Source: Eledone cirrhosa (lineage: Eukaryota). From it: DNA of 64,000 nt. The DNA lies in the NCBI GenBank assembly GCA_964016885.1, contig OZ024740.1:418128001-418192000 (forward strand), written 5' to 3'. Shown here piece by piece: positions 30,001 through 45,000 of the stretch (the first letter of the stretch is position 1; each line of letters begins with the position of its first letter). The notes under the pieces were generated by a model. The model was not told the origin of the DNA. It saw only the letters and a program-made list of their open reading frames with translations, and ran no database searches. Both the position numbers and the translations under genes were made by a program.

Positions 30001-33000
30001 TATGTAGTCTACATGAAAAACAGAGGATAGTATAGGCCTGACAGACTGTCCACTTCAATGACATCTGCCATAGTGAAACTGACATCTTTTGGTATGTAGT
30101 CTACATGAAAAACAGAGGATAGTAAAGACTTGACGGACTGTGAACTTCAATGATATCTGCCATAGTGAAACTGACATTTTTTGGTATGTAGTCTACATGA
30201 AAGACAGAGGATAGTAAAGGCCTGAGAGATTGTCCACTGCAATGACATCTGCCATAGTGAAACTGACATATTTTGGTATGTTGTCTACATGAGAGACAGA
30301 GGATAGTATAGGCCTGACAGACTGTCCACTTCAATGATACCTGCCATAGTGAAACTGACATCTTTTGGTATGTAGTCTACATGAAAAACAGAGGATAGTA
30401 AAGACCTGACAGACTGTGAACTTCAATGACATCTGCCATAGTGAAACTGACATCTTTTGGTATGTTGTCTACATGAGAGACAGAGGATAGTAAAGGCCTG
30501 ACAGATTGTCTACTTCAATGCCCTCTGCCATAGTGAAACTGACATCTTTTGGTATGTAGTCTACATGAGAGACAGAGGATAGTAAAGACCTGACAGACTG
30601 TGAACTTCAATGACATCTGCCATAGTGAAACTGACATCTTTTGGTATGTTGTCTACATGAGAGACAGAGGATAGTATAGTCCTGACAGACTGTCCACTTC
30701 AATGATACCTGCCATAGAGAAACTGACATCTTTTGGTATGTAGTCTACATGAAAAACAGAGGATAGTAATGACCTGACAGACTGTGAACTTCAATGACAT
30801 CTGCCATAGTGAAACTGACATCTTTTGGTATGTTGTCTATATGAGAGACAGAGGATAGAATAGGCCTGACAGATTGTCTACTTCAATGCCCTCTGCCATA
30901 GTGAAACTGACATCTTTTGGTATGTAGTCTACATGAGAGACAGAGGATAGTAAAGACCTGACAGACTGTGAACTTCAATGACATCTGCCATAGTGAAACT
31001 GACATATCTTGGTATGTAGTTTACATGAGAGACAGAGGATAGTAAAGGCCTGACAGATTGTCCACTTCAATGATATTTGCCATAGTGAAACTGACATCGT
31101 TTGGTATGTAATCTACATGAGAGACAGAGGATATTATAGGCCTGATAGACTGTCTACTTCAATGACATCTGCCATAGTGAAACTCACATCTTTTGGTATG
31201 TTGTCTACATGAGAGACAGAGGATAGTAAAGGCCTGACAGATTGTCCACTTCAATGACATCTGCCATAGTGAAACTGACATCTTTTGGTATGTAGTCTAC
31301 ATGAGAGACAGAGGATAGTAAAGGCCTGACAAATTGTCCACTTCAATGACATCTGCCATAGTGAAACTGACATCTTTTGGTATGTAGTCTACATGAAAGA
31401 CAGAGGATAGTAAAGGCCTGACAGATTGTCCACTTCAATGATATCTGCCATAGTGAAACTGACATCTTTAGGTATGTAGTCTACATGAGAGACAGAGGAT
31501 AGTAAAGCCCTGACAGATTGTCCACTTCAATGACATCTGCCATAGTGAAACTGACATCTTTTGGTATGTAGTCTACATGAGAGACAGAGGATAGTAAAGG
31601 CCTGACAGATTGTCCACTTCAATGACATCTGCCATAGTGAAACTGACATCTTTTGGTATGTAGTCTACATGAAAGACAGAGGATAGTATAGGCCTGACAG
31701 ACTGTGAACTTCAATAACATCTGCCATAGTGAAACTGACATCCTTTGGTATGTAGTCTACATGAGAGACAGAGGATAGTAAAGGCCTGACAGATTGTCCA
31801 CTTCAATGACATCTGCCATAGTGAAACTGACATCCTTTGGTATGTAGTCTACATGAGAGACAGAGGATAGTAAAGGCCTGACAGATTGTCCAATTCAATG
31901 ACATCTGCCATAGTGAAACTGACATCCTTTGGTATGTAGTCCACATGAGAGACAGAGGATAGTAAAGGCCTGACAGATTGTCCACTTCAATGACATCTGC
32001 CATAGTGAAACTGACATCTTTTGATATGTAGTCTACATGAGAGACAGAGGATAGTAAAGGCCTGACAGACTGTCCACTTCAATGACATCTGCCATAGTGA
32101 AACTGACATCTTTTGGTATGTAGTTTACATGAGAGACAGAGGATAGTAAAGGCCTTACAGACTGTCCACTTCAATGACATCTGCCATAGTGAAACTGACA
32201 TCTTTTGGTATGTAGTCTACATGAAAGACAGAGGATAGTAAAGGCCTGACAGACTGTGAAATTTAAGGACATCTGCCATAGTGAAACTGACATCTTCTGG
32301 TATGTAGTCTACATGAGAGACAGAGGATATTATAGGCCTGATAGACTGTCTACTTCAATGACATCTGCCATAGTGAAACTGACTTCTTTAGGTATGTAGT
32401 CTACATGAGAGACAGAGTATAGTAAAGGCCTGACAGATTGTCCACTTCAATGACATCTGCCATAGTGAAACTGACATCTTTTGGTATGTAGTCTACATGA
32501 AAAACAGAGGATAGTATAGGCCTGACAGACTGTCCACTTCAATGACATCTGCCATAGTGAAACTGACATCTTTTGGTATGTAGTCTACATGAGAGACAGA
32601 AGATAGTATAGGCCTGACAGACTGTCCACTTCAATGACATCTGCCATAGTGAAACTGACATCTTTTGGTATGTAGTCTACATGAAAAACAGAGGATAGTA
32701 TAGGCCTGACAGACTGTCCACTTCAATGACATCTGCCATAGTGAAACTGACATCTTTTGGTATGTAGTCTACATGAAAAACAGAGGATAGTAAAGACCTG
32801 ACGGACTGTGAACTTCAATGATATCTGCCATAGTGAAACTGACATTTTTTGGTATGTAGTCTACATGAAAGACAGAGGATAGTAAAGGCCTGAGAGATTG
32901 TCCACTGCAATGACATCTGCCATAGTGAAACTGACATATTTTGGTATGTTGTCTACATGAGAGACAGAGGATAGTATAGGCCTGACAGACTGTCCACTTC

Positions 33001-36000
33001 AATGATACCTGCCATAGTGAAACTGACATCTTTTGGTATGTAGTCTACATGAAAAACAGAGGATAGTAAAGACCTGACAGACTGTGAACTTCAATGACAT
33101 CTGCCATAGTGAAACTGACATCTTTTGGTATGTTGTCTACATGAGAGACAGAGGATAGAATAGGCCTGACAGATTGTCTACTTCAATGCCCTCTGCCATA
33201 GTGAAACTGACATCTTTTGGTATGTAGTCTACATGAGAGACAGAGGATAGTAAAGACCTGACAGACTGTGAACTTCAATGACATCTGCCATAGTGAAACT
33301 GACATATCTTGGTATGTAGTCTACATGAGAGACAGAGGATAGTAAAGGCCTGACAGATTGTCCACTTCAATGACATCTGCCATAGTGAAACTGACATCTT
33401 TTGGTATGTAGTCTACATGAGAGACAGAGGATAGTAAAGGCCTGACACACCGTGAACTTCAATGACATCTGCCATAGGGAAACTGACATCTTTTGGTATG
33501 TAGTCTACATGAGAGACAGAGGATAGTAAAGGCCTGACAGATTATCCACTTCAATGATATCTGTCATAGTGAAACTGACATCTTTTGGTATGTAGTCTAC
33601 ATGAGAGACAGAGGATAGTAATGGCCTGACAGACTGTCCACTTCACTGACATCTGCCATAATGAAACTGACATCTTTTGGTATCTAGTCTACATGAGAGA
33701 CAGAGGATAGTAAAGGCCTGACAGATTGTCCACTTCAATGATATTTGCCATAGTGAAACTGACATCGTTTGGTATGTAATCTATATGAGAGACAGAGGAT
33801 ATTATAGGCCTGATAGACTGTCTACTTCAATGACATCTGCCATAGTGAAACTCACATCTTTTGGTATGTTGTCTACATGAGAGACAGAGGATAGTAAAGG
33901 CCTGACAGATTGTCCACTTCAATGACATCTGCCATAGTGAAACTGACATCTTTTGGTATGTAGTCTACATGAGAGACAGAGGATAGTAAAGGCCTGACAA
34001 ATTGTCCACTTCAATGACATCTGCCATAGTGAAACTGACATCTTTTGGTATGTAGTCTACATGAAAGACAGAGGATAGTAAAGGCCTGACAGATTGTCCA
34101 CTTCAATGACATCTGCCATAGTGAAACTGACATCTTTAGGTATGTAGTCTACATGAGAGACAGAGGATAGTAAAGCCCTGACAGATTGTCCACTTCAATG
34201 ACATCTGCCATAGTGAAACTGACATCTTTTGGTATGTAGTCTACATGAGAAACAGAGGATAGCATAGGCCTGACAGATTGTCCACTTCAATGACATCTGC
34301 CATAGTGAAACTGACATTTTTTGGTATGTAGTCTACATGAGAGACAGAGGATAGTATAGGCCTGACAGACTGTCCACTTCAATGACATCTGCCATAGTGA
34401 AACTGACATCTTTTGGTATGTAGTCTACATGAGAGACAGAGGATAGTAAAGGCCTGACAGATTGTCCACTTCAATGACATCTGCCATAGTGAAACTGACA
34501 TCTTTTGGTATGTAGTCTACATGAAAGACAGAGGATAGTATAGGCCTGACAGACTGTGAACTTCAATAACATCTGCCATAGTGAAACTGACATCCTTTGG
34601 TATGTAGTCTACATGAGAGACAGAGGATAGTAAAGGCCTGACAGATTGTCCACTTCAATGACATCTGCCATAGTGAAACTGACATCCTTTGGTATGTAGT
34701 CTACATGAGAGACAGAGGATAGTAAAGGCCTGACAGATTGTCCAATTCAATGACATCTGCCATAGTGAAACTGACATCCTTTGGTATGTAGTCTACATGA
34801 GAGACAGAGGATAGTAAAGGCCTGACAGATTGTCCACTTCAATGACATCTGCCATAGTGAAACTGACATCTTTTGATATGTAGTCTACATGAGAGACAGA
34901 GGATAGTAAAGGCCTGACAGACTGTCCACTTCAATGACATCTGCCATAGTGAAACTGACATCTTTTGGTATGTAGTTTACATGAGAGACAGAGGATAGTA
35001 AAGGCCTGACAGACTGTCCACTTCAATGACATCTGCCATAGTGAAACTGACATCTTTTGGTATGTAGTCTACATGAAAGACAGAGGATAGTAAAGGCCTG
35101 ACAGACTGTGAAATTTAAGGACATCTGCCATAGTGAAACTGACATCTTCTGGTATGTAGTCTACATGAGAGACAGAGGATATTATAGGCCTGACAGACTG
35201 TGAACTTCAATGACATCTGCCATAGTGAAACTGACTTCTTTAGGTATGTAGTCTACATGAGAGACAGAGTATAGTAAAGGCCTGACAGATTGTCCACTTC
35301 AATGACATCTGCCATAGTGAAACTGACATATTTTGGTATGTAGTCTACTTGAGAGACAGAGGATAGTAAAGGCCTGACAGACTGTCCAATTCAATGACAT
35401 CTGCCATAGTGAAACTGACATCTTTTGGATTGTAGTCTACATGAGAGACAGAGGATAGTAAAGGCCTGACAGACTGTGAACTTCAATGACATCTGCCATA
35501 GTGAAACTGACATCTTTTGGTATGTAGTCTACATGAAAGGCAGAGGATAGTAAAGGCCTGACAGACTGTGAAATTTAAGGACATCTGCCATAGTGAAACT
35601 GACATCTTTTGGTATGTAGTCTACATGAGAGACAGAGGATATTATAGGCCTGATAGACTGTCTACTTCAATGACATCTGCCATAGTGAAACTGACTTCTT
35701 TAGATATGTTGTCTACATGAGAGACAGAGTAGAGTAAAGGCCTGACAGATTGTCCACTTCAATGACATCTGCCATAGTGAAACTGACATATTTTGGTATG
35801 TAGTCTACATGAGAGACAGATGATAGTAAAGGCCTGACAGACTGTCCAATTCAATGACATCTGCCATAGTGAAACTGACATCTTTTGGTATGTAGTCTAC
35901 ATGAAAGACAGAGGATAGTAAAGGCCTGACAGATTGTCCATTTCAATGACATATGACATAGTGAAACTGACATCTTTTGGTATGGAGTCTACATGAGAGA

Positions 36001-39000
36001 CAGAGGATAGTATAGGCCTGACAGACTGTCCATTTCAATGAGATCTGCCATAGAGAAACTGACATTTTTTGGTATGTAGGCTACATGAGAGACAGAGGAT
36101 AGTATAGGCTTGACAGACTGTCCACTTCAATGACATCTGCCATAGTGAAACTGACATCTTTTGGTATGTAGTCTACATAAGAGACAGAGGATAGTAAAGG
36201 CCTGACAGATTGTCCACTTCAATGACATCTGCCATAGTGAAACTGACATCTTTTGGTATGTAGTCTACATGAGAGACATAGGATAGTAAAGGCCTGACAG
36301 ATTGTCCACTTCAATGCCCTCTGCCATAGTGAAACTGACATCTTTTGGTATGTAGTCTACATGAGAGACAGAGGATAGCATAGGCCTAACAGATTGTCCA
36401 CTTCAATGCCCTCTGCGATAGTGAAACTGACATATTTTGGTATGTAGTCTACATGAGAGACAGAGGATAGCATAGGCCTAACAGATTGTCCACTTCAATG
36501 CCCTCTGCCATAGTGAAACTGACATCTTTTGGGATGTAGTCTACATGAAAAACAGAGGATAGTAAAGACCTGACAGACTGTGAACTTCAATGACATCTGC
36601 CATAGTGAAACTGACATCTTTTGTTATGTAGTCTACATGAGAGACAGAGGATAGTATAGGCCTGACAGACTGTCCACTTCAATGACATCTGCCATAGTGA
36701 AACTGACATTTTTTGGTATGTAGTCTACATGAGAGACAGAGGATAGTATAGGCTTGACAGACTGTCCACTTCAATGACATCTGCCATAGTGAAACTGACA
36801 TCTTTTGGTATGTAGTCTACATGAGAGACAGAGGATAGTAAAGGCCTGATAGATTGTCCACTTCAATGACATCTGCCATAGTGAAACTGACATCCTTTGG
36901 TATGTAGTCTACATGAGAGACATAGGATAGTAAAGGCCTGACAGATTGTCCACTTCAATGCCCTCTGCCATAGTGAAACTGACATCTTTTGGTATGTAGT
37001 CTACATGAGAGACAGAGGATAGTAAAGACCTCACAGACTGTGAACTTCAATGACATCTGCCATAGTGAAACTGACATCTTTTGGTATGTTGTCTACATGA
37101 GAGACAGAGGATAGTATAGGCCTGACAGACTGTCCACTTCAATGATACCTGCCATAGTGAAACTGACATCTTTTGGTATGTAGTCTACATGAAAAACAGA
37201 GGATAGTAAAGACCTGACAGACTGTGAACTTCAATGACATCTGCCATAGTGAAACTGACATCTTTTGGTATGTTGTCTACATGAGAGACAGAGGATAGAA
37301 TAGGCCTGACAGATTGTCTACTTCAATGCCCTCTGCCATAGTGAAACTGACATCTTTTGGTATGTAGTCTACATGAGAGACAGAGGATAGTAAAGACCTG
37401 ACAGACTGTGAACTTCAATGACATCTGCCATAGTGAATCTGACATATCTTGGTATGTAGTCTACATGAGAGACAGAGGATAGTAAAGGCCTGACAGATTG
37501 TCCACTTCAATGACATCTGCCATAGTGAAACTGACATCTTTTGGTATGTAGTCTACATGAGAGACAGAGGATAGTAAAGGCCTGACACACCGTGAACTTC
37601 AATGACATCTGCCATAGGGAAACTGACATCTTTTGGTATGTAGTCTACATGAGAGACAGAGGATAGTAAAGGCCTGACAGATTATCCACTTCAATGATAT
37701 CTGTCATAGTGAAACTGACATCTTTTGGTATGTAGTCTACATGAGAGACAGAGGATAGTAATGGCCTGACAGACTGTCCACTTCACTGACATCTGCCATA
37801 ATGAAACTGACATCTTTTGGTATCTAGTCTACATGAGAGACAGAGGATAGTAAAGGCCTGACAGATTGTCCACTTCAATGATATTTGCCATAGTGAAACT
37901 GACATTGTTTGGTATGTAATCTACATGAGAGACAGAGGATATTATAGGCCTGATAGACTGTCTACTTCAATGACATCTGCCATAGTGAAACTGACTTCTT
38001 TAGGTATGTTGTCTACATGAGAGACAGAGTATAGTAAAGGCCTGACAGATTGTCCACTTCAATGACATCTTATGAAACTCACATATTTTGGTATGTAGTC
38101 TACATGAGAGACAGATGATAGTAAAGGCCTGACAGACTGTCCAATTCAATGACATCTACCATAGTGAAACTGACATCTTTTGGTATGTAGTCTACATGAG
38201 AGACAGAGGATAGTAAAGGCCTGACAGACTGTGAACTTCAATGACATCTGCCATAGTGAAACTGACATCTTTCGGTATGTAGTCTACATGAAAGACAGAG
38301 GATAGTAAAGGCCTGACAGATTATCCATTTCAATGACATATGCGATAGTGAAACTGACATCTTTTGGTATGTAGTCTACATGAGAGACAGAGGATAGAAT
38401 AGGCCTGACAGACTGTCCATTTCAATGACATCTGCCATAGTGAATCTGACATTTTTTGGTATGTAGTCTACATGAGAGACAGAGGATAGTATAGGCTTGA
38501 CAGACTGTCCACTTCAATGACATCTGCCATAGTGAAACTGACATCTTTTGGTATGTAGTCTACATGAGAGACAGAGGATAGTAAAGGCCTGACAGATTGT
38601 CCACTTCAATGACATCTGCCATAGTGAAACTGACATCCTTTGGTATGTAGTCTACATGAGAGACAGAGGATAGTAAAGGCCTGACAGATTGTCCAATTCA
38701 ATGACATCTGCCATAGTGAAACTGACATCCTTTGGTATGTAGTCTACATGAGAGACAGAGGATAGTAAAGGCCTGACAGATTGTCCACTTCAATGACATC
38801 TGCCATAGTGAAACTGACATCTTTTGATATGTAGTCTACATGAGAGACAGAGGATAGTAAAGGCCTGACAGACTGTCCACTTCAATGACATCTGCCATAG
38901 TGAAACTGACATCTTTTGGTATGTAGTTTACATGAGAGACAGAGGATAGTAAAGGCCTGACAGACTGTCCACTTCAATGACATCTGCCATAGTGAAACTG

Positions 39001-42000
39001 ACATCTTTTGGTATGTAGTCTACATGAAAGACAGAGGATAGTAAAGGCCTGACAGACTGTGAAATTTAAGGACATCTGCCATAGTGAAACTGACATCTTC
39101 TGGTATGTAGTCTACATGAGAGACAGAGGATATTATAGGCCTGATAGACTGTCTACTTCAATGACATCTGCCATAGTGAAACTGACTTCTTTAGGTATGT
39201 AGTCTACATGAGAGACAGAGTATAGTAAAGGCCTGACAGATTGTCCACTTCAATGACATCTGCCATAGTGAAACTGACATATTTTGGTATGTAGTCTACT
39301 TGAGAGACAGAGGATAGTAAAGGCCTGACAGACTGTCCAATTCAATGACATCTGCCATAGTGAAACTGACATCTTTTGGATTGTAGTCTACATGAGAGAC
39401 AGAGGATAGTAAAGGCCTGACAGACTGTGAACTTCAATGACATCTGCCATAGTGAAACTGACATCTTTTGGTATGTAGTCTTCATGAAAGGCAGAGGATA
39501 GTAAAGGCCTGACAGACTGTGAAATTTAAGGACATCTGCCATAGTGAAACTGACATCTTTTGGTATGTAGTCTACATGAGAGACAGAGGATATTATAGGC
39601 CTGATAGACTGTCTACTTCAATGACATCTGCCATAGTGAAACTGACTTCTTTAGATATGTTGTCTACATGAGAGACAGAGTAGAGTAAAGGCCTGACAGA
39701 TTGTCCACTTCAATGACATCTGCCATAGTGAAACTGACATATTTTGGTATGTAGTCTACATGAGAGACAGATGATAGTAAAGGCCTGACAGACTGTCCAA
39801 TTCAATGACATCTGCCATAGTGAAACTGACATCTTTTGGTATGTAGTCTACATGAAAGACAGAGGATAGTAAAGGCCTGACAGATTGTCCATTTCAATGA
39901 CATATGACATAGTGAAACTGACATCTTTTGGTATGGAGTCTACATGAGAGACAGAGGATAGTATAGGCCTGACAGACTGTCCATTTCAATGAGATCTGCC
40001 ATAGAGAAACTGACATTTTTTGGTATGTAGGCTACATGAGAGACAGAGGATAGTATAGGCTTGACAGACTGTCCACTTCAATGACATCTGCCATAGTGAA
40101 ACTGACATCTTTTGGTATGTAGTCTACATAAGAGACAGAGGATAGTAAAGGCCTGACAGATTGTCCACTTCAATGACATCTGCCATAGTGAAACTGACAT
40201 CTTTTGGTATGTAGTCTACATGAGAGACATAGGATAGTAAAGGCCTGACAGATTGTCCACTTCAATGCCCTCTGCCATAGTGAAACTGACATCTTTTGGT
40301 ATGTAGTCTACATGAGAGACAGAGGATAGCATAGGCCTAACAGATTGTCCACTTCAATGCCCTCTGCGATAGTGAAACTGACATCTTTTGGTATGTAGTC
40401 TACATGAGAGACAGAGGATAGAATAGGCCTAACAGATTGTCCACTTCAATGCCCTCTGCCATAGTGAAACTGACATCTTTTGGGATGTAGTCTACATGAA
40501 AAACAGAGGATAGTAAAGACCTGACAGACTGTGAACTTCAATGACATCTGCCATAGTGAAACTGACATCTTTTGTTATGTAGTCTACATGAGAGACAGAG
40601 GATAGTATAGGCCTGACAGACTGTCCACTTCAATGACATCTGCCATAGTGAAACTGACATTTTTTGGTATGTAGTCTACATGAGAGACAGAGGATAGTAT
40701 AGGCTTGACAGACTGTCCACTTCAATGACATCTGCCATAGTGAAACTGACATCTTTTGGTATGTAGTCTACATGAGAGACAGAGGATAGTAAAGGCCTGA
40801 TAGATTGTCCACTTCAATGACATCTGCCATAGTGAAACTGACATCCTTTGGTATGTAGTCTACATGAGAGACATAGGATAGTAAAGGCCTGACAGATTGT
40901 CCACTTCAATGCCCTCTGCCATAGTGAAACTGACATCTTTTGGTATGTAGTCTACATGAGAGACAGAGGATAGTATAGGCCTGACAGACTGTCCACTTCA
41001 ATGATACCTGCCATAGTGAAACTGACATCTTTTGGTATGTAGTCTACATGAAAAACAGAGGATAGTAAAGACCTGACAGACTGTGAACTTCAATGACATC
41101 TGCCATAGTGAAACTGACATCTTTTGGTATGTTGTCTACATGAGAGACAGAGGATAGAATAGGCCTGACAGATTGTCTACTTCAATGCCCTCTGCCATAG
41201 TGAAACTGACATCTTTTGGTATGTAGTCTACATGAGAGACAGAGGATAGTAAAGACCTGACAGACTGTGAACTTCAATGACATCTGCCATAGTGAATCTG
41301 ACATATCTTGGTATGTAGTCTACATGAGAGACAGAGGATAGTAAAGGCCTGACAGATTGTCCACTTCAATGACATCTGCCATAGTGAAACTGACATCTTT
41401 TGGTATGTAGTCTACATGAGAGACAGAGGATAGTAAAGGCCTGACACACCGTGAACTTCAATGACATCTGCCATAGGGAAACTGACATCTTTTGGTATGT
41501 AGTCTACATGAGAGACAGAGGATAGTAAAGGCCTGACAGATTATCCACTTCAATGATATCTGTCATAGTGAAACTGACATCTTTTGGTATGTAGTCTACA
41601 TGAGAGACAGAGGATAGTAATGGCCTGACAGACTGTCCACTTCACTGACATCTGCCATAATGAAACTGACATCTTTTGGTATCTAGTCTACATGAGAGAC
41701 AGAGGATAGTAAAGGCCTGACAGATTGTCCACTTCAATGATATTTGCCATAGTGAAACTGACATTGTTTGGTATGTAATCTACATGAGAGACAGAGGATA
41801 TTATAGGCCTGATAGACTGTCTACTTCAATGACATCTGCCATAGTGAAACTGACTTCTTTAGGTATGTTGTCTACATGAGAGACAGAGTATAGTAAAGGC
41901 CTGACAGATTGTCCACTTCAATGACATCTTATGAAACTCACATATTTTGGTATGTAGTCTACATGAGAGACAGATGATAGTAAAGGCCTGACAGACTGTC

Positions 42001-45000
42001 CAATTCAATGACATCTACCATAGTGAAACTGACATCTTTTGGTATGTAGTCTACATGAGAGACAGAGGATAGTAAAGGCCTGACAGACTGTGAACTTCAA
42101 TGACATCTGCCATAGTGAAACTGACATCTTTCGGTATGTAGACTACATGAAAGACAGAGGATAGTAAAGGCCTGACAGATTGTCCATTTCAATGACATAT
42201 GCGATAGTGAAACTGACATCTTTTGGTATGTAGTCTACATGAGAGACAGAGGATAGAATAGGCCTGACAGACTGTCCATTTCAATGACATCTGCCATAGT
42301 GAATCTGACATTTTTTGGTATGTAGTCTACATGAGAGACAGAGGATAGTATAGGCTTGACAGACTGTCCACTTCAATGACATCTGCCATAGTGAAACTGA
42401 CATCTTTTGGTATGTAGTCTACATGAGAGACAGAGGATAGTAAAGGCCTGACAGATTGTCCACTTCAATGACATCTGCCATAGTGAAACTGACATCTTTT
42501 GGTATGTAGTCTACATGAGAGACATAGGATAGTAAAGGCCTGACAGATTGTCAACTTCAATGCCCTCTGCCATAGTGAAACTGAAATCTTTTGGTATGTA
42601 GTCTACATGAGAGACAGGGGATAGCATAGGCCTAACAGATTGTCCACTTCAATGCCCTCTGCGATAGTGAAACTGACATCTTTTGGTATGTAGTCTACAT
42701 GAGAGACAGAGGATAGCATACGCCTAACAGATTGTCCACTTCAATGCCCTCTGCCATAGTGAAACTGACATCTTTTGGGATGTAGTCTACATGAAAAACA
42801 GAGGATAGTAAAGACCTGACAGACTGTGAACTTCAATGACATCTGCCATAGTGAAACTGACATCTTTTGTTATGTAGTCTACATGAGAGACAGAGGATAG
42901 TATAGGCCTGACAGACTGTCCACTTCAATGACATCTGCCATAGTGAAACTGACATTTTTTGGTATGTAGTCTACATGAGAGACAGAGGATAGTAAAGGCC
43001 TGACAGATTGTCCACTTCAATGCCCTCTGCCATAGTGAAACTGACATCTTTTGGTATGTAGTCTACATGAGAGACAGAGGATAGTAAAGACCTGACAGAC
43101 TGTGAACTTCAATGACATCTGCCATAGTGAAACTGACATATCTTGGTATGTAGTCTACATGAGAGACAGAGGATATTAAAGGCCTGACAGATTGTCCACT
43201 TCAATGACATCTGCCATAGTGAAACTGACATCTTTTGGTATGTAGTCTACATGAGAGACAGAGGATAGTAAAGGCCTGACACACCGTGAACTTCAATGAC
43301 ATCTGCCATAGGGAAACTGACATCTTTTGGTATGTAGTCTACATGAGAGACAGAGGATAGTAAAGGCCTGACAGATTATCCACTTCTATGATATCTGTCA
43401 TAGTGAAACTGACATCTTTTGGTATATAGTCTACATGAGAGACAGAGGATAGTAATGGCCTGACTCACTGTCCACTTCACTGACATCTGCCATAATGAAA
43501 CTGACATCTTTTGGTATCTAGTCTACATGAGAGACAGAGGATAGTAACGGCCTGACAGATTGTCCACTTCAATGATATTTGCCATAGTGAAACTGACATC
43601 TTTTGGTATGTAGTCTACATGAGAGACAGAGGATATTATAGGCCTGATAGACTGTCTACTTCAATGACATCTGCCATAGTGAATCTGACATTTTTTGGTA
43701 TGTAGTCTACATGAGAGACAGAGGATAGTATAGGCTTGACAGACTGTCCACTTCAATGACATCTGCCATAGTGAAACTGACATCTTTTGGTATGTAGTCT
43801 ACATGAGAGACAGAGGATAGTAAAGGCCTGACAGATTGTCCACTTCAATGACATCTGCCATAGTGAAACTGACATCTTTTGGTATGTAGTCTACATGAGA
43901 GACATAGGATAGTAAAGGCCTGACAGATTGTCAACTTCAATGCCCTCTGCCATAGTGAAACTGAAATCTTTTGGTATGTAGTCTACATGAGAGACAGGGG
44001 ATAGCATAGGCCTAACAGATTGTCCACTTCAATGCCCTCTGCGATAGTGAAACTGACATCTTTTGGTATGTAGTCTACATGAGAGACAGAGGATAGCATA
44101 CGCCTAACAGATTGTCCACTTCAATGCCCTCTGCCATAGTGAAACTGACATCTTTTGGGATGTAGTCTACATGAAAAACAGAGGATAGTAAAGACCTGAC
44201 AGACTGTGAACTTCAATGACATCTGCCATAGTGAAACTGACATCTTTTGGTATGTAGTCTACATGAGAGACATAGGATAGTAAAGGCCTGACAGATTGTC
44301 AACTTCAATGCCCTCTGCCATAGTGAAACTGAAATCTTTTGGTATGTAGTCTACATGAGAGACAGGGGATAGCATAGGCCTAACAGATTGTCCACTTCAA
44401 TGCCCTCTGCGATAGTGAAACTGACATCTTTTGGTATGTAGTCTACATGAGAGACAGAGGATAGCATACGCCTAACAGATTGTCCACTTCAATGCCCTCT
44501 GCCATAGTGAAACTGACATCTTTTGGGATGTAGTCTACATGAAAAACAGAGGATAGTAAAGACCTGACAGACTGTGAACTTCAATGACATCTGCCATAGT
44601 GAAACTGACATCTTTTGTTATGTAGTCTACATGAGAGACAGAGGATAGTATAGGCCTGACAGACTGTCCACTTCAATGACATCTGCCATAGTGAAACTGA
44701 CATTTTTTGGTATGTAGTCTACATGAGAGACAGAGGATAGTAAAGGCCTGACAGATTGTCCACTTCAATGCCCTCTGCCATAGTGAAACTGACATCTTTT
44801 GGTATGTAGTCTACATGAGAGACAGAGGATAGTAAAGACCTGACAGACTGTGAACTTCAATGACATCTGCCATTGTGAAACTGACATATCTTGGTATGTA
44901 GTCTACATGAGAGACAGAGGATATTAAAGGCCTGACAGATTGTCCACTTCAATGACATCTGCCATAGTGAAACTGACATCTTTTGGTATGTAGTCTACAT

